A DNA stretch of 63,250 nucleotides, filler included, from Octopus bimaculoides (Eukaryota), in assembly GCF_001194135.2 (NCBI RefSeq). It is 5 parts of 4 records of this genome, joined end to end, with 100 filler letters (N's around TTAATTAATTAA, not from the genome) between each part and the next. Parts side by side here need not be neighbours in the genome. Positions count along the whole stretch, not along the records: positions 1 to 5,314 come from NC_068986.1; positions 5,415 to 36,270 come from NC_068986.1; 3 more parts are not named here. One strand, given 5' to 3'. Each line of letters starts with the position of its first letter. Within the stretch, counting starts at the first letter, position 1. The notes beneath the pieces were generated by a model. The model was given only the letters and a program-made list of their open reading frames with translations. It did no database searches and was not told the DNA's origin. Shown piece after piece: positions 1 through 13,001 of the stretch. Both the position numbers and the translations under genes were made by a program.

Positions 1-648
1 TATATATATATATATATTAATATAAACAGCTAGGCGCAATGTAGTACCATAAAGGAAAAATTTAATCGTCACTAAGTGTGACTAAGTCTGCCGAAGCACA
101 TACATTGTTAGAAATCAGAATTAAAATACTCTTAATTCTGGAAGAAGAGTGCAATACATACATATACTGACAGAGTATACACACACACATTCACACACAC
201 GCACATACATATAGATATACATATATTTGTGTGTATGTGCGTGTGATTGTGTGTGTGCGTGCCTGCGTAAATTCGTGTGTGTATATACATATGAGTGTGT
301 ATACAAATATATAAACCAAAAGGTGCAACGGAAAGCGCAACATGTTACGAAAAGCTATATGCAGGGTAGATCGGTTCCACAATCCAGTTGTATCTCTGAC
401 ATGCTTTCACAATCTTTATAACGTGTGTACGAAGTTGTATGTTGTATAAAAAAGAAAGGAAGGAACAGAGAAAACATAAGTGGTGTTATACATAATGCAT
501 ACGTTTGTCAATAATGCAGGTGAAGAACGTTGGCTGCAGTTGTCATGTAACTGGGCATTTAAATTCTTGTAATTGATCTTTTGCCGATCTTCGGAAACAC
601 GTGAACATTATATAAGCATAAACACTTATTACCTTTTCTGTGTTTCTT

Positions 649-723
<75 letters not shown>

Positions 724-995
724 GCACATACATACATATATATGAAATTATAACATCATTAATTNNNNNNNNNNNNNNNNNNNNNNNNNNNNNNNNNNNN
801 NNNNNNNNNNNNNNNNNNNNNNNNNNNNNNNNNNNNNNNNNNNNNNNNNNNNNNNNNNNNNNNNNNNNNNNNNNNNNNNNNNNNNNNNNNNNNNNNNNNN
901 NNNNNNNNNNNNNNNNNNNNNNNNNNNNNNNNNNNNNNNNNNNNNNNNNNNNNNNNNNNNNNNNNNNNNNNNNNNNNNNNNNNNNNNNNNNNNNN

Positions 996-1027
<32 letters not shown>

Positions 1028-1499
1028 CATATATACTTGAATATATATACGTATATACATATGTACATGCGTACAAGCGTACATACATACATACATGCAT
1101 GCATACATACATACATACATGCATGCATACATACATACATACATACATACATACATACATACATACATACATACATACATACATGCATGCATACATACAC
1201 GCTATGCTACGTCATTTTCAGTGATCCGTTATTATTGACTTCTAGCTGCAGTGAATTTTTTAAAAAGCAGAACGAAATTTTAAGACTCTGAAGATCAAAG
1301 GAATTTTTTTTTTTCTCTGGCGACAAACCCATCATTTACTCGACCACACAATATTTTTTAAGAAAATTAAACAAGAGGAAAAATACTTAAAATTTCTATA
1401 AACGCATATATACAGAATATATATATCTACATACTTACACACATACACACATACATACATACATACATACATGCATACATACATATATAAGTATATATG

Positions 1500-1533
<34 letters not shown>

Positions 1534-2242
1534 CTGAACAAAAAATTTGTTTCAAAACATTAATTAGCTAAAGAATGGGTTTTCGTCTATTTTTATGTTT
1601 CATTTTTTTTTATTTTATTTCATTTTATTTATTTTTCTTGCACTGGGTTAAGGATCAGTTTTTGTTTGTTTGTTTGTTTGTTTGTTTGTTTGTTTGTTTG
1701 TTTGTTTGTTTGTTTGTTTGTTTGGGAGTTGTTTTTTAGGATTTTTATGTTTGTTTGTTTTTTTTTGTTTTTTGTTTTTTTTTGCTTTTATGTTCGTTTA
1801 TGTCTTGAAATTGCAAATGTTGTTTTCGCAATTTTTGTCAACTTTCATCAAGAAAGCAAACTCGAGAAGGTGCTTGTTATTGTCATCTTCTCGTGTGTAA
1901 CGTAGTTTTGTCTTTGTATGATGAATGACTGGAGGAAAACCCGAATGGTGGGTGTGGGTGCTGGAGAGATAGTTAAAGGGGTAGATAGGTGAGGAAGATC
2001 ATGTGTGATATTCCTTCTATGGGATTGATGGATAAGAGAGGATAGGAAAGAGAAAGAAAGGAAGGATAAGAAATGGCTGTGCGCTTGTGTTATAGAATAG
2101 TAGTGGCGGCGGCGGCGGCGGCGGTGTCGATGGCAGCAGCTGTGGTAGTGTTAGTGATCAATAGGGGTGATGGTGATAGTGATGGTAGTAGTTGTGCTTG
2201 TGGCATTGGTAGTGGTGGTCGTCGTAGTCGCCGCTGTAGTAA

Positions 2243-2305
<63 letters not shown>

Positions 2306-2387
2306 CAGCAGCAGCAGNNNNNNNNNNNNNNNNNNNNNNNNNNNNNNNNNNNNNNNNNNNNNNNNNNNNNNNNNNNNNNNNNNNNNN

Positions 2388-2446
<59 letters not shown>

Positions 2447-2519
2447 ATTGTGGTTGTCGTCGTGGTCGTGGCGGTGACTGCGGTCGCGGAGGTGGTCGAA
2501 GGAAAATTCTGAAGTAATT

Positions 2520-2735
2520 CTTTCTACTAAAAGCACAAGGCCTGAAATTCGGAGGGAGGGGACTCGTCGATTACATCGATATCAGTGTTTTGCTGATACT
2601 TAATTTATCGATCTCGAGAGGATGAAAGGCAAAGTCGACATTGGTAGAATTCGAACTCAGAACGTAAGGACAGACGAAATGCCACTAAGCATTCTCTCCA
2701 GCGTGCTAACGATTCTGTCAGCTCGCCGCCTTATT
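2520..2735 (-). mobile_element. SINE family C copy (head AAGGCGGCGAGCTGGCAGAATCGTTAGCAC), first of a head-to-tail pair
   Basis: Same ~220-bp sequence recurs more than 10 times in the window in both orientations; B-box-like GAGTTCAAATTCC. Boundaries approximate. Confidence 0.8.
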
Positions 2736-2749
2736 CTGTAGTAATAGTC

Positions 2750-3110
2750 TTTTCTACTCTAGGCACAAGGCCCGAAATTTGGTGGGAGGGGCCAGTCGAT
2801 TAGATCGACCTCAGTACGCAGCTGGTACTTAATTTATCGATCCCGAAAGGATGAAAGGCAAAGCCGACCTCAACGGAATTTGAACTCAGAACGTAAAGAC
2901 AGACGAAATAGCACTAAGCATTCTTTCTCCTCTTCCTCCTCCTTCTCCTCCTCATCCACATCATCATAACTACCATCAACAACATTATACCACGACGACC
3001 ACGACGACGATGACTACGACGACGCTGACGACCGACGACGTTGACGACCGACGACGCTGACGACCGACGACGCTGACGACCGACACCGCCGCTAACGTGC
3101 TGACGTTTCT
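2750..3110 (-). mobile_element. SINE family C copy interrupted by a low-complexity inserted block (~2921-3090)
   Basis: Matches the neighbouring copy up to GCACTAAGCATTCT, resumes as CGTGCTGACGTTTCTG at ~3095. Confidence 0.7.
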
Positions 3111-3504
3111 GTTCTGTAGTAATAATAATGCCGCTATGTGTATTTCTACTGATTGTGCACATTCTTAGTTCAGATACCGTCGAGGTCAATTTTGCCTTTC
3201 ACTTTTCCAGGGTCGATAAAACAAAGTACTAGGGTGTATAACCAACTAACCCACTTCTTTCAAATTTGTTCTTTCAACTGAATTTGAAAACCTTATTTTG
3301 AGTTCTTCTTCAACTTTACTACCAAGCTTAGTTTTTATTTTTGGCTGATATTTTTTTTTTCATTCATTCATCTTTCAACAAAGAATAGAATCAAAACTAA
3401 ACAGAAGAGTAACGAAGGCAGGGATTCTTTCAAAACTTCCTCTTTTCATAATGACAGGGTTGAGTTTTCTTTATCTTATTTGTATAATTTTCCATTTTGA
3501 CAAA

Positions 3505-3687
3505 CACCGTATTTTAATGTGTATAAGGAACCCTTTTTTGTCAAAAATTTAGTTTAAAGAATATGGGAGTCTCTTATACATGGATAGTATTATAATCCCT
3601 TAAAAAACCTTTTTTCCAAACTCTAAGCCCCCAAAATTAGGGGGTATTTTATACACGAGGGTTCCTTATAGACGTTGAAATACGGTA
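3505..3687. mobile_element. pogo/Tc1-mariner-type MITE
   Basis: ~29-bp imperfect TIRs: CACCGTATTTTAATGTGTATAAGGAACCC versus reverse complement TACCGTATTTCAACGTCTATAAGGAACCC; no ORF. Confidence 0.7.
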
Positions 3688-3749
3688 TATTTGTATTTAC
3701 ATTTTCCATTTTGACATAATGTAGTTGACTCACAGCCTTAGTGTTAGAC

Positions 3750-4960
3750 CCACAGCTTTTGTTGACACAATTATTATTCTGGATGCACTTTCTATCTTCC
3801 TAAACTACTAAGAAGAGGAAGAATATTCCATGATCTTTAATGAAATGTCTCAATTTGTAAAATGTTTAATTCTAAGTCGCAGATTATATCATACTGGCGA
3901 TTTCTAAAAGGAATGAAATAGTGTTATACATGTTTTCCACCGACTAGAAATTTCAAGAACTTCGTAATATATGAATTCTTTGCATCGTTTTCTTAATGAT
4001 TTTTTAATTTCAAATTCAAATTTCTAATCCACCTCATGTTATGGTGGAATGGTTATCTTCTTTGTATTAGCTTCGACCACTAGGAAACCATATGTGTTTG
4101 TTGATGGTAGTTAATAAAGAATAACAGCATATGTGTTTGTTGAGATAGTATCTCCGATATCGAGGAGTGTGATATGCTGTCAATGTCTGTTCAGTAATCA
4201 ATCTTTGTCAATAATTAATGTTTATTTATGCTTGTTTTTATTTTTCTGCTGCTATATTCAATAAATACTTAATTTAGCAACAGCTGTTGATTACTTCCGT
4301 ATATATATTTCTCCGACATTCTTTCTATTTCTCTACTAAGATATTATTTTCCACATCAGACACTCTTATATTGGAATGTATAAACATCAAGGCTTTGTAT
4401 ATTGTTGGTAAATATATTATTGCACTGCAGTCCTTAGGATATATATTTTTATCTGGAAAAATTAATATTTTCGCCTATTAACAAATTATGCATTGAGACT
4501 GGTTTCAGCAGATTTTTATTGAACGTTGCTATTCATTTATCTTCAGATGTTAATTGTGTATTGATGTTAAAATGTTTTAGTGTTTGGTTATTATTAAAGA
4601 AATGCTCATGTTTTCCAAACATAGCTTATAATACGATTTTGCCAAGATCAGATGTGCTGTTTGTTTGTCACTTCCTAGTACTCTTTTTCTTTTCTTTTTT
4701 TTTTTTCTTCATCTTATATTTCTTTAATATTTTATTCCGGTTTTCCTTTTTCACATGATTTCTTCACCGCTATTTCGTTGGACAAGAATAATGATTTTTC
4801 TTTTATCAGTTTTCTTTAATATAATTATTTCCCACAGTCTTTGTAGATGCAGATGAGGGATTAAAATATGCTCCATTAGGATAGTGGTTCGTCTCCAGAA
4901 TTCCGTCTTCGAGAATTCCAGAAATCCATCTCCAAATCTCTGCGAATAACAACATTGTTG
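3750..4960 (-). pseudogene. highly decayed coding-like retroelement remnant, possibly Penelope-like
   Basis: Only fragmentary motif resemblance (SRWKT..HSF, SFRNRQ) across frameshifts; weak. Confidence 0.25.
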
Positions 4961-5314
4961 GTTATGTAACTAGTAAGACAAACGGAATGTAATAAAAATG
5001 ATGATAGTCACAATGCTAATGATTATTGTAGTAGCAGCGACTGTGGTAATGGTGGTGGTCGTGGTGGTGGTGGTGGCGGCAGCGGCGGCGGCGGCGGTGG
5101 AAGCGGTCGTCAGCGTCATCGTAGTCATCGTCGTCGTCGTGGTATAATGTTGTTGATGGTAGTTATGAAGATGTGGATGAGGAGGAGAAGGAGGAGGAAG
5201 AGGAGAAACAAGAAGAAGAGGGAAAAGAGAAATAAGAAGAGGAAGAATATAAATAGGAAGGGGAAAGAGAAATAGGAAGAGGAGGAAGAGGAAGAGAGGA
5301 TGAGAAGGAATAGG

Positions 5315-5414
5315 NNNNNNNNNNNNNNNNNNNNNNNNNNNNNNNNNNNNNNNNNNNNTTAATTAATTAANNNNNNNNNNNNNNNNNNNNNNNNNNNNNN
5401 NNNNNNNNNNNNNN
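5315..5414. other. artificial 100-bp scaffold-join spacer
   Basis: N44-TTAATTAATTAA-N44; the 12-mer gives stops in all six frames; identical layout four times in the window. Confidence 0.95.
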
Positions 5415-5583
5415 GCCATTACATTTTTAATCAACCAAATATGAACCATTCTGTTGCACAATGCATCTCCACCTTTCCTTTAACTTGAAAATACCCTCTT
5501 CCCAGAATTGAGGTGGTTTCATGGCAAATAAGTCAAAAGGTAAGCTAATATAAATCGGCACGAACTTTCCGGACAACCCAATA
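5415..5583. mobile_element. right end of a mariner-type non-autonomous element
   Basis: Ends AAATCGGCACGAACTTTCCGGACAACCCAA|TA, resembling mariner TIRs (TTGGGTTGTCCGGAAAGTT); left part cut by the join. Confidence 0.55.
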
Positions 5584-6289
5584 TATATATATGTATATAT
5601 ATATGCATAAGAATTATCAGAACAGACAAACAGAAATTATAATGTGTCAAAGATAATCTCTTAAGCTTATAGCAATGGCAGTGGGGGGGGGGGGCACTAA
5701 GGAATGTAAATTCAAACTTGCAATACGATTTGGACCCTCAACTAAAAAGTCAAAAATCTTAATAGTTCATCCTTAACTTAATGTACTTGTGTAATAGTAG
5801 ACCAAATCCCTCTTTTAGCATCCTCTTGCCCCAGTTCTCTCTCTTTCTCTCTCTCCATCATTACTTACCCTTCTATTCACACTTTTAGTCATTGCTTGAA
5901 ATAAACAGAGATAGATCAAAGAGACTGTTTAGTTTTGCTAAGAACAAGGCAACTTCTCTGGGGCTGGTGCTATGATTAAAATGAATCTAAACACTTTATG
6001 TAAAGTAACTGGTATTAGAAAGGACATGCATCTGTCAAAACTACCCTAGAAATGAAATAGAGAAGCAGGATGCAGACCCCATTCCATCTAAGACGACACT
6101 GACAAAGGCCAAGATCTCCTGTCTGACGCATGTCACCATGGAAAGTGGATGTAAAAAGATGATGAAGTGAGTTTTATTACTATTTCAAGACAATAATACA
6201 AAGTTTGCACTTGGCTGTGGACACAAAACAGGACTAGAATTGGTAGTGAACTCTATGCTTTTTTCTTTGCCCTAGCCCATAATCCTTTT

Positions 6290-6670
6290 ACAAAGCCTGA
6301 AATTTTGATCGACCCCAGTATGCAACTGGTACTTAATTTATCAACCCCGAAAGGATGAAAAGCAAAGTCAATCTCAGCGTAATTTGAACTCAGAACATAA
6401 CAACGTGCGAAATACTGCTAAGCACTTCGTCAGGCCTGCTAATGTTTCTTATTTCTTTACTACCCACAAGGGGCTACACACAGAGGGGACAAACAAGAAC
6501 AGACAAACGGATTAAGTCGATTATATCGACCCCAGTGCATAACTGGTACTTATTTAATCGAGGATGAAAGGCAAAGTCAACCTCGGCGGAATTTGAACTC
6601 AGAACGTAGCTGCAGATGAAATACCACTAAGCATTTCGCCCAGCCTGCTAATGTTTTTGCCAGCTCACCA
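6290..6670 (-). mobile_element. two tandem SINE family C copies
   Basis: Two matches to GAAAGGATGAAAGGCAAAGTC..TTTGAACTCAGAAC at ~6290-6450 and ~6520-6670. Confidence 0.75.
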
Positions 6671-7437
6671 TCTTTACCCTAGTCCATAATGCAATCACAC
6701 AGGAGGTCCTAACTGGGTGCTTATGAAAATAATAGGTCGTGTGTTAGAAACTTCAGTTATTACACAGCTTGTTAAAATACCTCTCTCCTTTACATATCAA
6801 GGATTCACTACCAACAAAACTGCTTTAAAAAAAAGTAACTATTTTGTATATTCCTTACTTAGAATATGTGGTTGGTATATAAAAAAAGTATCCCAAAAAT
6901 CCAACATTAATATAGGCATGCCTTAAAAAATCAACAAGCTTATTTTGTGCCTCAAAGTCTTAACCACATTTAATCAATAAAAAAAGCAACATGTTTCTAC
7001 ACAAGTCTCTAAATAAACTAATTGAAGGAGAGTTTGTATTGTCACATGATGTGTCAGAAACAGCAGCCAAACCTCTATCAAAGACTTCACCATCAATAAA
7101 GCATAAAACAATGTTGTCCCAGATATCCCCAAAATGTCAGGAAAGGATACAGCTGTGAATGGTTTTTATCTGCTCTGTCAAGGTTAGCCTGAAGCTGAAC
7201 GACAACTGGAAAACTTCCCTAACAGAAATATGAGCAATTCCAACAGCTGCAGTTATTTGTCATAAATCCAACATGGATGTTTTGATACTAGTAAGAGAGA
7301 ACAATTAACAACTCTTTATCAAACCCAGCACACCAATTAATTGTGTCCATTGTCCTGTGGATCAGAAACTTCAGTATGAAAAACATTTTATTAAAGGCAC
7401 AATAGCTCAGAATCAGTGTCAAAGTACTCATAATATA

Positions 7438-8000
7438 CAGTGGCCACTTTAAACTATTGTAAATTTCGACTAATTGCCAACTTATAAGTGGGTGTTTTGT
7501 ATTGCGTTTATTACAGATGAAACATTGAAAATAGAAAAATGTCTATAATGAAAATTTATTAGATAATGTTCATTTCAAGAACAGAGCTCAAACAACTCTT
7601 CAAGATTGTGTGGATTCTTCTGACGAACTCTTCCCTTTAGCTCTGTCCACATTTGCTCGATGATATTTAAGTCAGGGTTCTGAACTGGCCAATCTTTCAA
7701 TATGGTAACACCTTCATCAGCCAGACTCTGTTGTGTAGCACACAATCTGTGACATGGAGCTCAATCATGCTGAAAAATCTCACCTTCATCCAAGTTTGTT
7801 ATCAAATTGTCCTCCAACAACTGAATGTATTGGGTATTATTCAAGTTACCATCAATTTTAACCAACTTTCTTGAACCATCATTTTTTTAGGCATCCCCAA
7901 AGCATCAGACTTTACCCACCAAACTTCACTGCTTTTATTGTGTAACATGGGTCATTTTGCTTACCTGGAGGCCTTCTGATAAATTCTCACTTATTAGAAA
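7438..8000 (-). mobile_element. Tc1-like transposase fossil (3' part) with terminal TA|CAGTG
   Basis: Minus-strand translation FIRRPPGKQNDPCYTIKAVKFGG*SLMLWGC..LVKIDGNLNNTQYIQLLEDNL..IFQHD*APCH..LKDWPVQNPDLNIIEQMWTELKGRVRQKNPHNLEEL matches Tc1 DDE motifs; element end TA|CAGTGGCC at 7436-7445. Confidence 0.9.
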
Positions 8001-8802
8001 GGTTTAATCTAATCAATAAGAGATTAATGAGAGATGAATGTACCTAACTATTCCCAATGTAAAAATTCTTTCATCAAAATTCCATGTTAACTTATATTCT
8101 AAACACTAGGTTAATTAATAAGTTATTTTAATTCATTTGCGTGACACCGGTATCTGTCACAACTGTGATTTTGCTCAACTTGAAGGGTCTTCTTTTCAAG
8201 TATGACATACTGCCAAAGGGCTTGGTTATTGCGTCTGTGAAGTCCAACACTCGAAAGGAACTCAGCCACCTTGCCTCCGTGAGGCCCAATGCTCGAAAGG
8301 AACTTAGCTACTTTGCCTCTATATCTTTTAAAATTAATTGAAATTAAGGTACTATATTTCAAGTGAAATACGGTAACAAAAGAGTTAAATTTACCCAGTA
8401 CTTGACTGATATTTTGTTTTATCAGCACAGGAGGATGAAATGCAAAGCTAACCATAGAAAGATTTGATCACAGAACATAAAAGGCCAGAACCAAATTTAA
8501 TAGAACATCTTGTCTGACATTCTAATGATTCTGGTAATTCTATCAAGTCTTTTTCATATAGACACACACACACACACACACAGAGAAGCACAGGCCTGAA
8601 CATACAGAATAGAGCATCAATATGCTTGAATGATTGCAACTAGGTTATATGGGGGTTTGTGCAGCCAGTGGAATTTATCCTCACCACATCTAAATGCCTA
8701 TTCCTACGCCACTGAAAATACACATACATACAGCATCGTCATCATTCATAATTGTACTAACTACTATTTTCCCATGGCAGTATCAGGCGAAAAGATCTAT
8801 CA

Positions 8803-9140
8803 CAGTGATTCTCAACTGAGGTTCATATGATCCCTGGGGGTCCGTATAAGATGGGGGAGGGGTCTACACAACAAAATAGTAAATTGGGGATCCACAATAG
8901 TATTTTAAAGGCCCCTGAAAAAATTTTTGCTTTGTTATATATTACAAGAAACAACTAGGTTTCTTTCTCAAACATTTTACATAGTTTAACCTACACAAGT
9001 TAATGTGTGACAAACATAATAGGAATTTTGAAAGAAGTTTCTATAACATTAGTTTTTAAACATTAAATAGCTCTGGGTGTCCACCAGAATAAAATAATAA
9101 CCAAAGGAGTCCAGAGATAAAAAAATGGTTGAGAACCCCT
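8803..9140. mobile_element. hAT-type MITE
   Basis: Ends CAGTGATTCTCAAC / GTTGAGAACCCCT; 8-bp direct repeat ATCTATCA at 8795-8802 and 9141-9148. Confidence 0.85.
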
Positions 9141-9149
9141 ATCTATCAT

Positions 9150-9990
9150 AAAGAATATTACCAAGTATCGTTTCCACTATGCAACACAGTGTCTTAAGAC
9201 TTCATTTCATCACACGTCTTCCTTGGAGTACCCTCCACAGGCAACACAGCAGTTTATCACCCAGTACTGTCTCCAGGTATATGACATTGCCATACTAGCT
9301 CAGTTGTCTCCCTTACACATTTTGGTTGCTTTGCTTCTCAAATTTCTCTTCTGCTTTTTTGCATATGATAACATTGCACATCCAACAAATAATGTTGGTA
9401 GTATTTCTCTCCAGCTTCCAAAAATACTGTACATCATTCAACACTCAAGCCTTACTACCCTGTAGCTAATACCTCTCTTGCTTCAAAGAATCTGTCTTTC
9501 ACACAGAGGGAGAAATCTATTGTTGCTAACACAGGAACAGATCCCTAAACTTTCTCTTTTCTCACCTTGCTACATCTACTTCCAACACTAATTAAATTAC
9601 TGAAGTAATAGAAAATACGAAGAACATAAAGTAAATTTCCTTAGCAAATTATAAGTATAATTTTATGAGTTCCCTTACTTTAATAATTCCTACCTCTGAA
9701 GTTTCTGATTCATTGTCAACTTGTCAGAGACCCCACTGGACCTTTTCTATATTTACTGCTTACAATGACTACATGATAAGTTCTTACCAACTCCCTTTCT
9801 ACATACTACCCCAGCTCACTTGCCAGACGCCATTAAAATTTTGTATTCTCTCCTATTTAACTGTCAAACTGATCTTTGCTATGTTAACCAGCAAACCTTT
9901 GGATTCGAAAGTCTGGAACTTTCTCTGCATTCCTCAAAAGATTCTGATATGTAACCCAAGTCATCAGCATGTGAAAATTCCCAAGACTAA
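9150..9990 (-). mobile_element. decayed RTE-clade LINE reverse transcriptase fragment
   Basis: Minus-strand HADDLGYISESFEE..ESKGLLVNIAK near 9870-9980 (YADD motif region); left extent uncertain. Confidence 0.6.
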
Positions 9991-10063
9991 CTCATATTGA
10001 ACTGCTATGTGACTGCCTCAAAAAATATAGGAGAAAAGGTGCAAACAGGGCAGTTAAACTTAC

Positions 10064-10141
10064 CACATGCGGTGAGAATCTTCTTTCAAATTCTTTTTGA
10101 TTTATAATTCCACCTTCTCCTGGAGCACTGGTATAACCAAT
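10064..10141 (-). CDS. SSR2: SSR2 / TRAP-beta exon 5 ([26 protein letters not shown])
   Basis: 78 nt, phase 0/0, TTGTAG acceptor and GTAAGT donor; matches human [26 protein letters not shown] as recalled. Confidence 0.95.
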
Positions 10142-10584
10142 CTACAAGCAAAGGGTTACATTAGTCTGTAGTAGTGAGTGATCAACATATTTCCTTTAAC
10201 AAGTCTCTTGGTATTATTATGCAAAAAAAGAATTGTTTTAAATATTGTAATATTTGTTCTTTCTTACAAAGTAAAAGAAAAACAAATAAAATGTTCTTCA
10301 ATCAGAAGTCTCCTTATTACAACTAATTACTTGTTTCATCTTCTTCGACCGCTTATTCCTGGGAGGGTCATGGGGGCAAAGTCCTCAGGCACACCTTCCA
10401 TCAAGTCCTGTCAAAAGTACCCATTTCCAACTGATCCAGCTGGATCCCCAAGTGAGACCAACTGAGTTCATGGATGTTATCCAACTCTCTTACTCGTGGA
10501 CTACTGCTGGGCCTCCTGCTAGTTGATTTTGCCTGTAAAACCTGTCTAAGATATTCTTACCACATGCCCCAGCAATTTTTATTC

Positions 10585-10955
10585 TAATAATGATGCTGAG
10601 TTGAAACCATTCAATGTCGGTGTTGGACTCTGCCAAGAGTGTGTACTGTTACCTCTCCTGTTCATAATCTTTACGGACAGGATTGACATGCACAGCCAGG
10701 TTGGAAGTGGTATCGAGACAAGTGGGCATAGGATCAGCCAGCTGGAATTTACAGACAACATGGTACTATTCAACTCGTCAGAAAGTGATTTCTGACATGC
10801 ACTCAATAGGTTTGTTGCCAAGCGCTGCTCAGTAGGAATGGAAATCAGTGACATGAAGATTAAGACACTCGTCCTCTCAAGGAGGCTTGTGCAATGCCCT
10901 CTACATGTGAGTAGCATTTCACTGAAGCAAATGCAGAAGTTCAAGCATCTCAGCT
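10585..10955 (+). mobile_element. RTE/Expander(Rex3)-like LINE RT fragment
   Basis: KPFNVGVGLCQECVLLPLLFIIFTDRI..RISQLEFTDNMVL..*HALNRF..GMEIS..QMQKFKHL matches the RTE RT pattern (GLRQGC.LSPLLF, LLFADD); in-frame stop. Confidence 0.8.
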
Positions 10956-11385
10956 AATCTGAAATTTGAGAGGAAAAGGCTAGCTGATTACATCAACCCT
11001 TGGATTTGGTTGGGACTTATTTTATTGAGTCTGAAAGGATGAAAGGCAAAGTCAACTTCACTGAAACTTGAACTCAGAATGTAAAACCAGAAGAAATGCT
11101 ACTAAACACTTCATCTGGCATGCAAACGATTCTGCCAGCTTGCCACTTTCTTACCATTAAATTAATTGTCAACAGATGAAATTTTTAAAGGAACTAAGAA
11201 TTCATTTACAATGTAAAGTGCTAACATGAAAACTTAATGATTCCAACAGATCAGATTTCAAATGTCTAAAACAAGAGAATTTTCTGATTACACACGACAC
11301 TAGTAGTTGTTTTTTTAAACATGGTATTTAAAAATACATTATAAGTTTCAGGGTGGAGGTGAACTTCTCAGAAAACTATACATAC

Positions 11386-11497
11386 CGTTCTTTCTTCAGC
11401 ATCATCTTTTGGAAGATATGTCAACTGTGCAGCAGTGAAATTGAAAAACCCAAACTTTAGAGGTTTCATAACGACCGCATGTGTAACATTGCTCTTA
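11386..11497 (-). CDS. SSR2: SSR2 / TRAP-beta exon 4 (KSNVTHAVVMKPLKFGFFNFTAAQLTYLPKDDAEERT)
   Basis: 112 nt, phase 2/0, CAG acceptor and GTATGT donor; matches human [27 protein letters not shown]; NVT and NFT sequons conserved. Confidence 0.95.
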
Positions 11498-12304
11498 CTG
11501 GGGTAATTGTCAAGGAAAGAATATCAAATAGAAAGGGCAAAAATAGACAGACACACATGAAGACAATCTTTCGAAATTCAACTGAAACAAAGTTGAAAAG
11601 CAGTCACAGATTTAAAGACAAAACAACAGTCCATGTAAGAATTAGCTCATATTATTGTAAATCACAAGAATCCTTATTAGTTTCCAGCTAGTACACTGCT
11701 CCATTACAAAGTGTTTTTGCCTTTCCACGGGAGAAAAACAGTTTACTATCATGCAAAGTGCACAGAACTACGTGATTCACGGTGTAAGTAGGTATGGAAA
11801 GTGTTCGTTCAAGGGAGGTAACTATTTTAACGGCGTATACGTAAACGGAATAAAAGTGTTAAACGCTGGTCTCACAGGCTGAGACAAAAATAGAAGTAAT
11901 GACACTAAATGTTTAGAACTTAAGATAATTTGTATCCTATTCACAATGACTTAATTACATATTATGTAATCGTAATAATATTGGTGACAGAGTTTGCTGC
12001 TATAAATAGTCAAAGTATCCTGTAATAAGTCAACAAGAGAGTATGGTAAGGTAGACGGTTGATAAATACATTATCACTGGAATTACAGCATGAAATCAAG
12101 CCCTTTATGTAACTTTTCAATAACCAACTGGTGACAAGCACAACAAATATTTTTCTTTTGGAAATTAGTATTCATTTCATCATTTTGTATAAGCTCCAAG
12201 AAATTTTATACAAGTTAAACTATAATTATTGATTGTACGTCATAATTCCTGATATTACCTATTGTGGTAAAAGCATCTTTGTCATATGACAAGTAACACT
12301 CTAG

Positions 12305-12618
12305 TTGCTTTAACAGTTGCTGGCACTCCGTCGCTTACGACGTCAAGGGTTCCAGTTGATCCGATCAACGGAACAGCCTGCTTGTGAAATTAACGGGCAA
12401 GTGGCTGAGCACTCCACAGACACGTGTACCCTTAACATAGTTCTCGGGGATATTCAGTGTGACACAGTGTGACAAGGCTGATCCTTTGAATTACAGGCAC
12501 AACAGAAACAGGAAGAAAGAGTGAGAGAAAGTTGTGGTGAAAGAGTACAGCAGGGTTCGCCACCATCCCCTGCCGGAGCCTCATGGAGCTTTAGGTGTTT
12601 TCACTCAATAAACACTCA
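12305..12618 (-). mobile_element. SINE family E copy (5' end in N gap)
   Basis: Reverse complement of the element at 31103-31478. Confidence 0.85.
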
Positions 12619-13001
12619 NNNNNNNNNNNNNNNNNNNNNNNNNNNNNNNNNNNNNNNNNNNNNNNNNNNNNNNNNNNNNNNNNNNNNNNNNNNNNNNNNN
12701 NNNNNNNNNNNNNNNNNNNNNNNNNNNNNNNNNNNNNNNNNNNNNNNNNNNNNNNNNNNNNNNNNNNNNNNNNNNNNNNNNNNNNNNNNNNNNNNNNNNN
12801 NNNNNNNNNNNNNNNNNNNNNNNNNNNNNNNNNNNNNNNNNNNNNNNNNNNNNNNNNNNNNNNNNNNNNNNNNNNNNNNNNNNNNNNNNNNNNNNNNNNN
12901 NNNNNNNNNNNNNNNNNNNNNNNNNNNNNNNNNNNNNNNNNNNNNNNNNNNNNNNNNNNNNNNNNNNNNNNNNNNNNNNNNNNNNNNNNNNNNNNNNNNN
13001 N

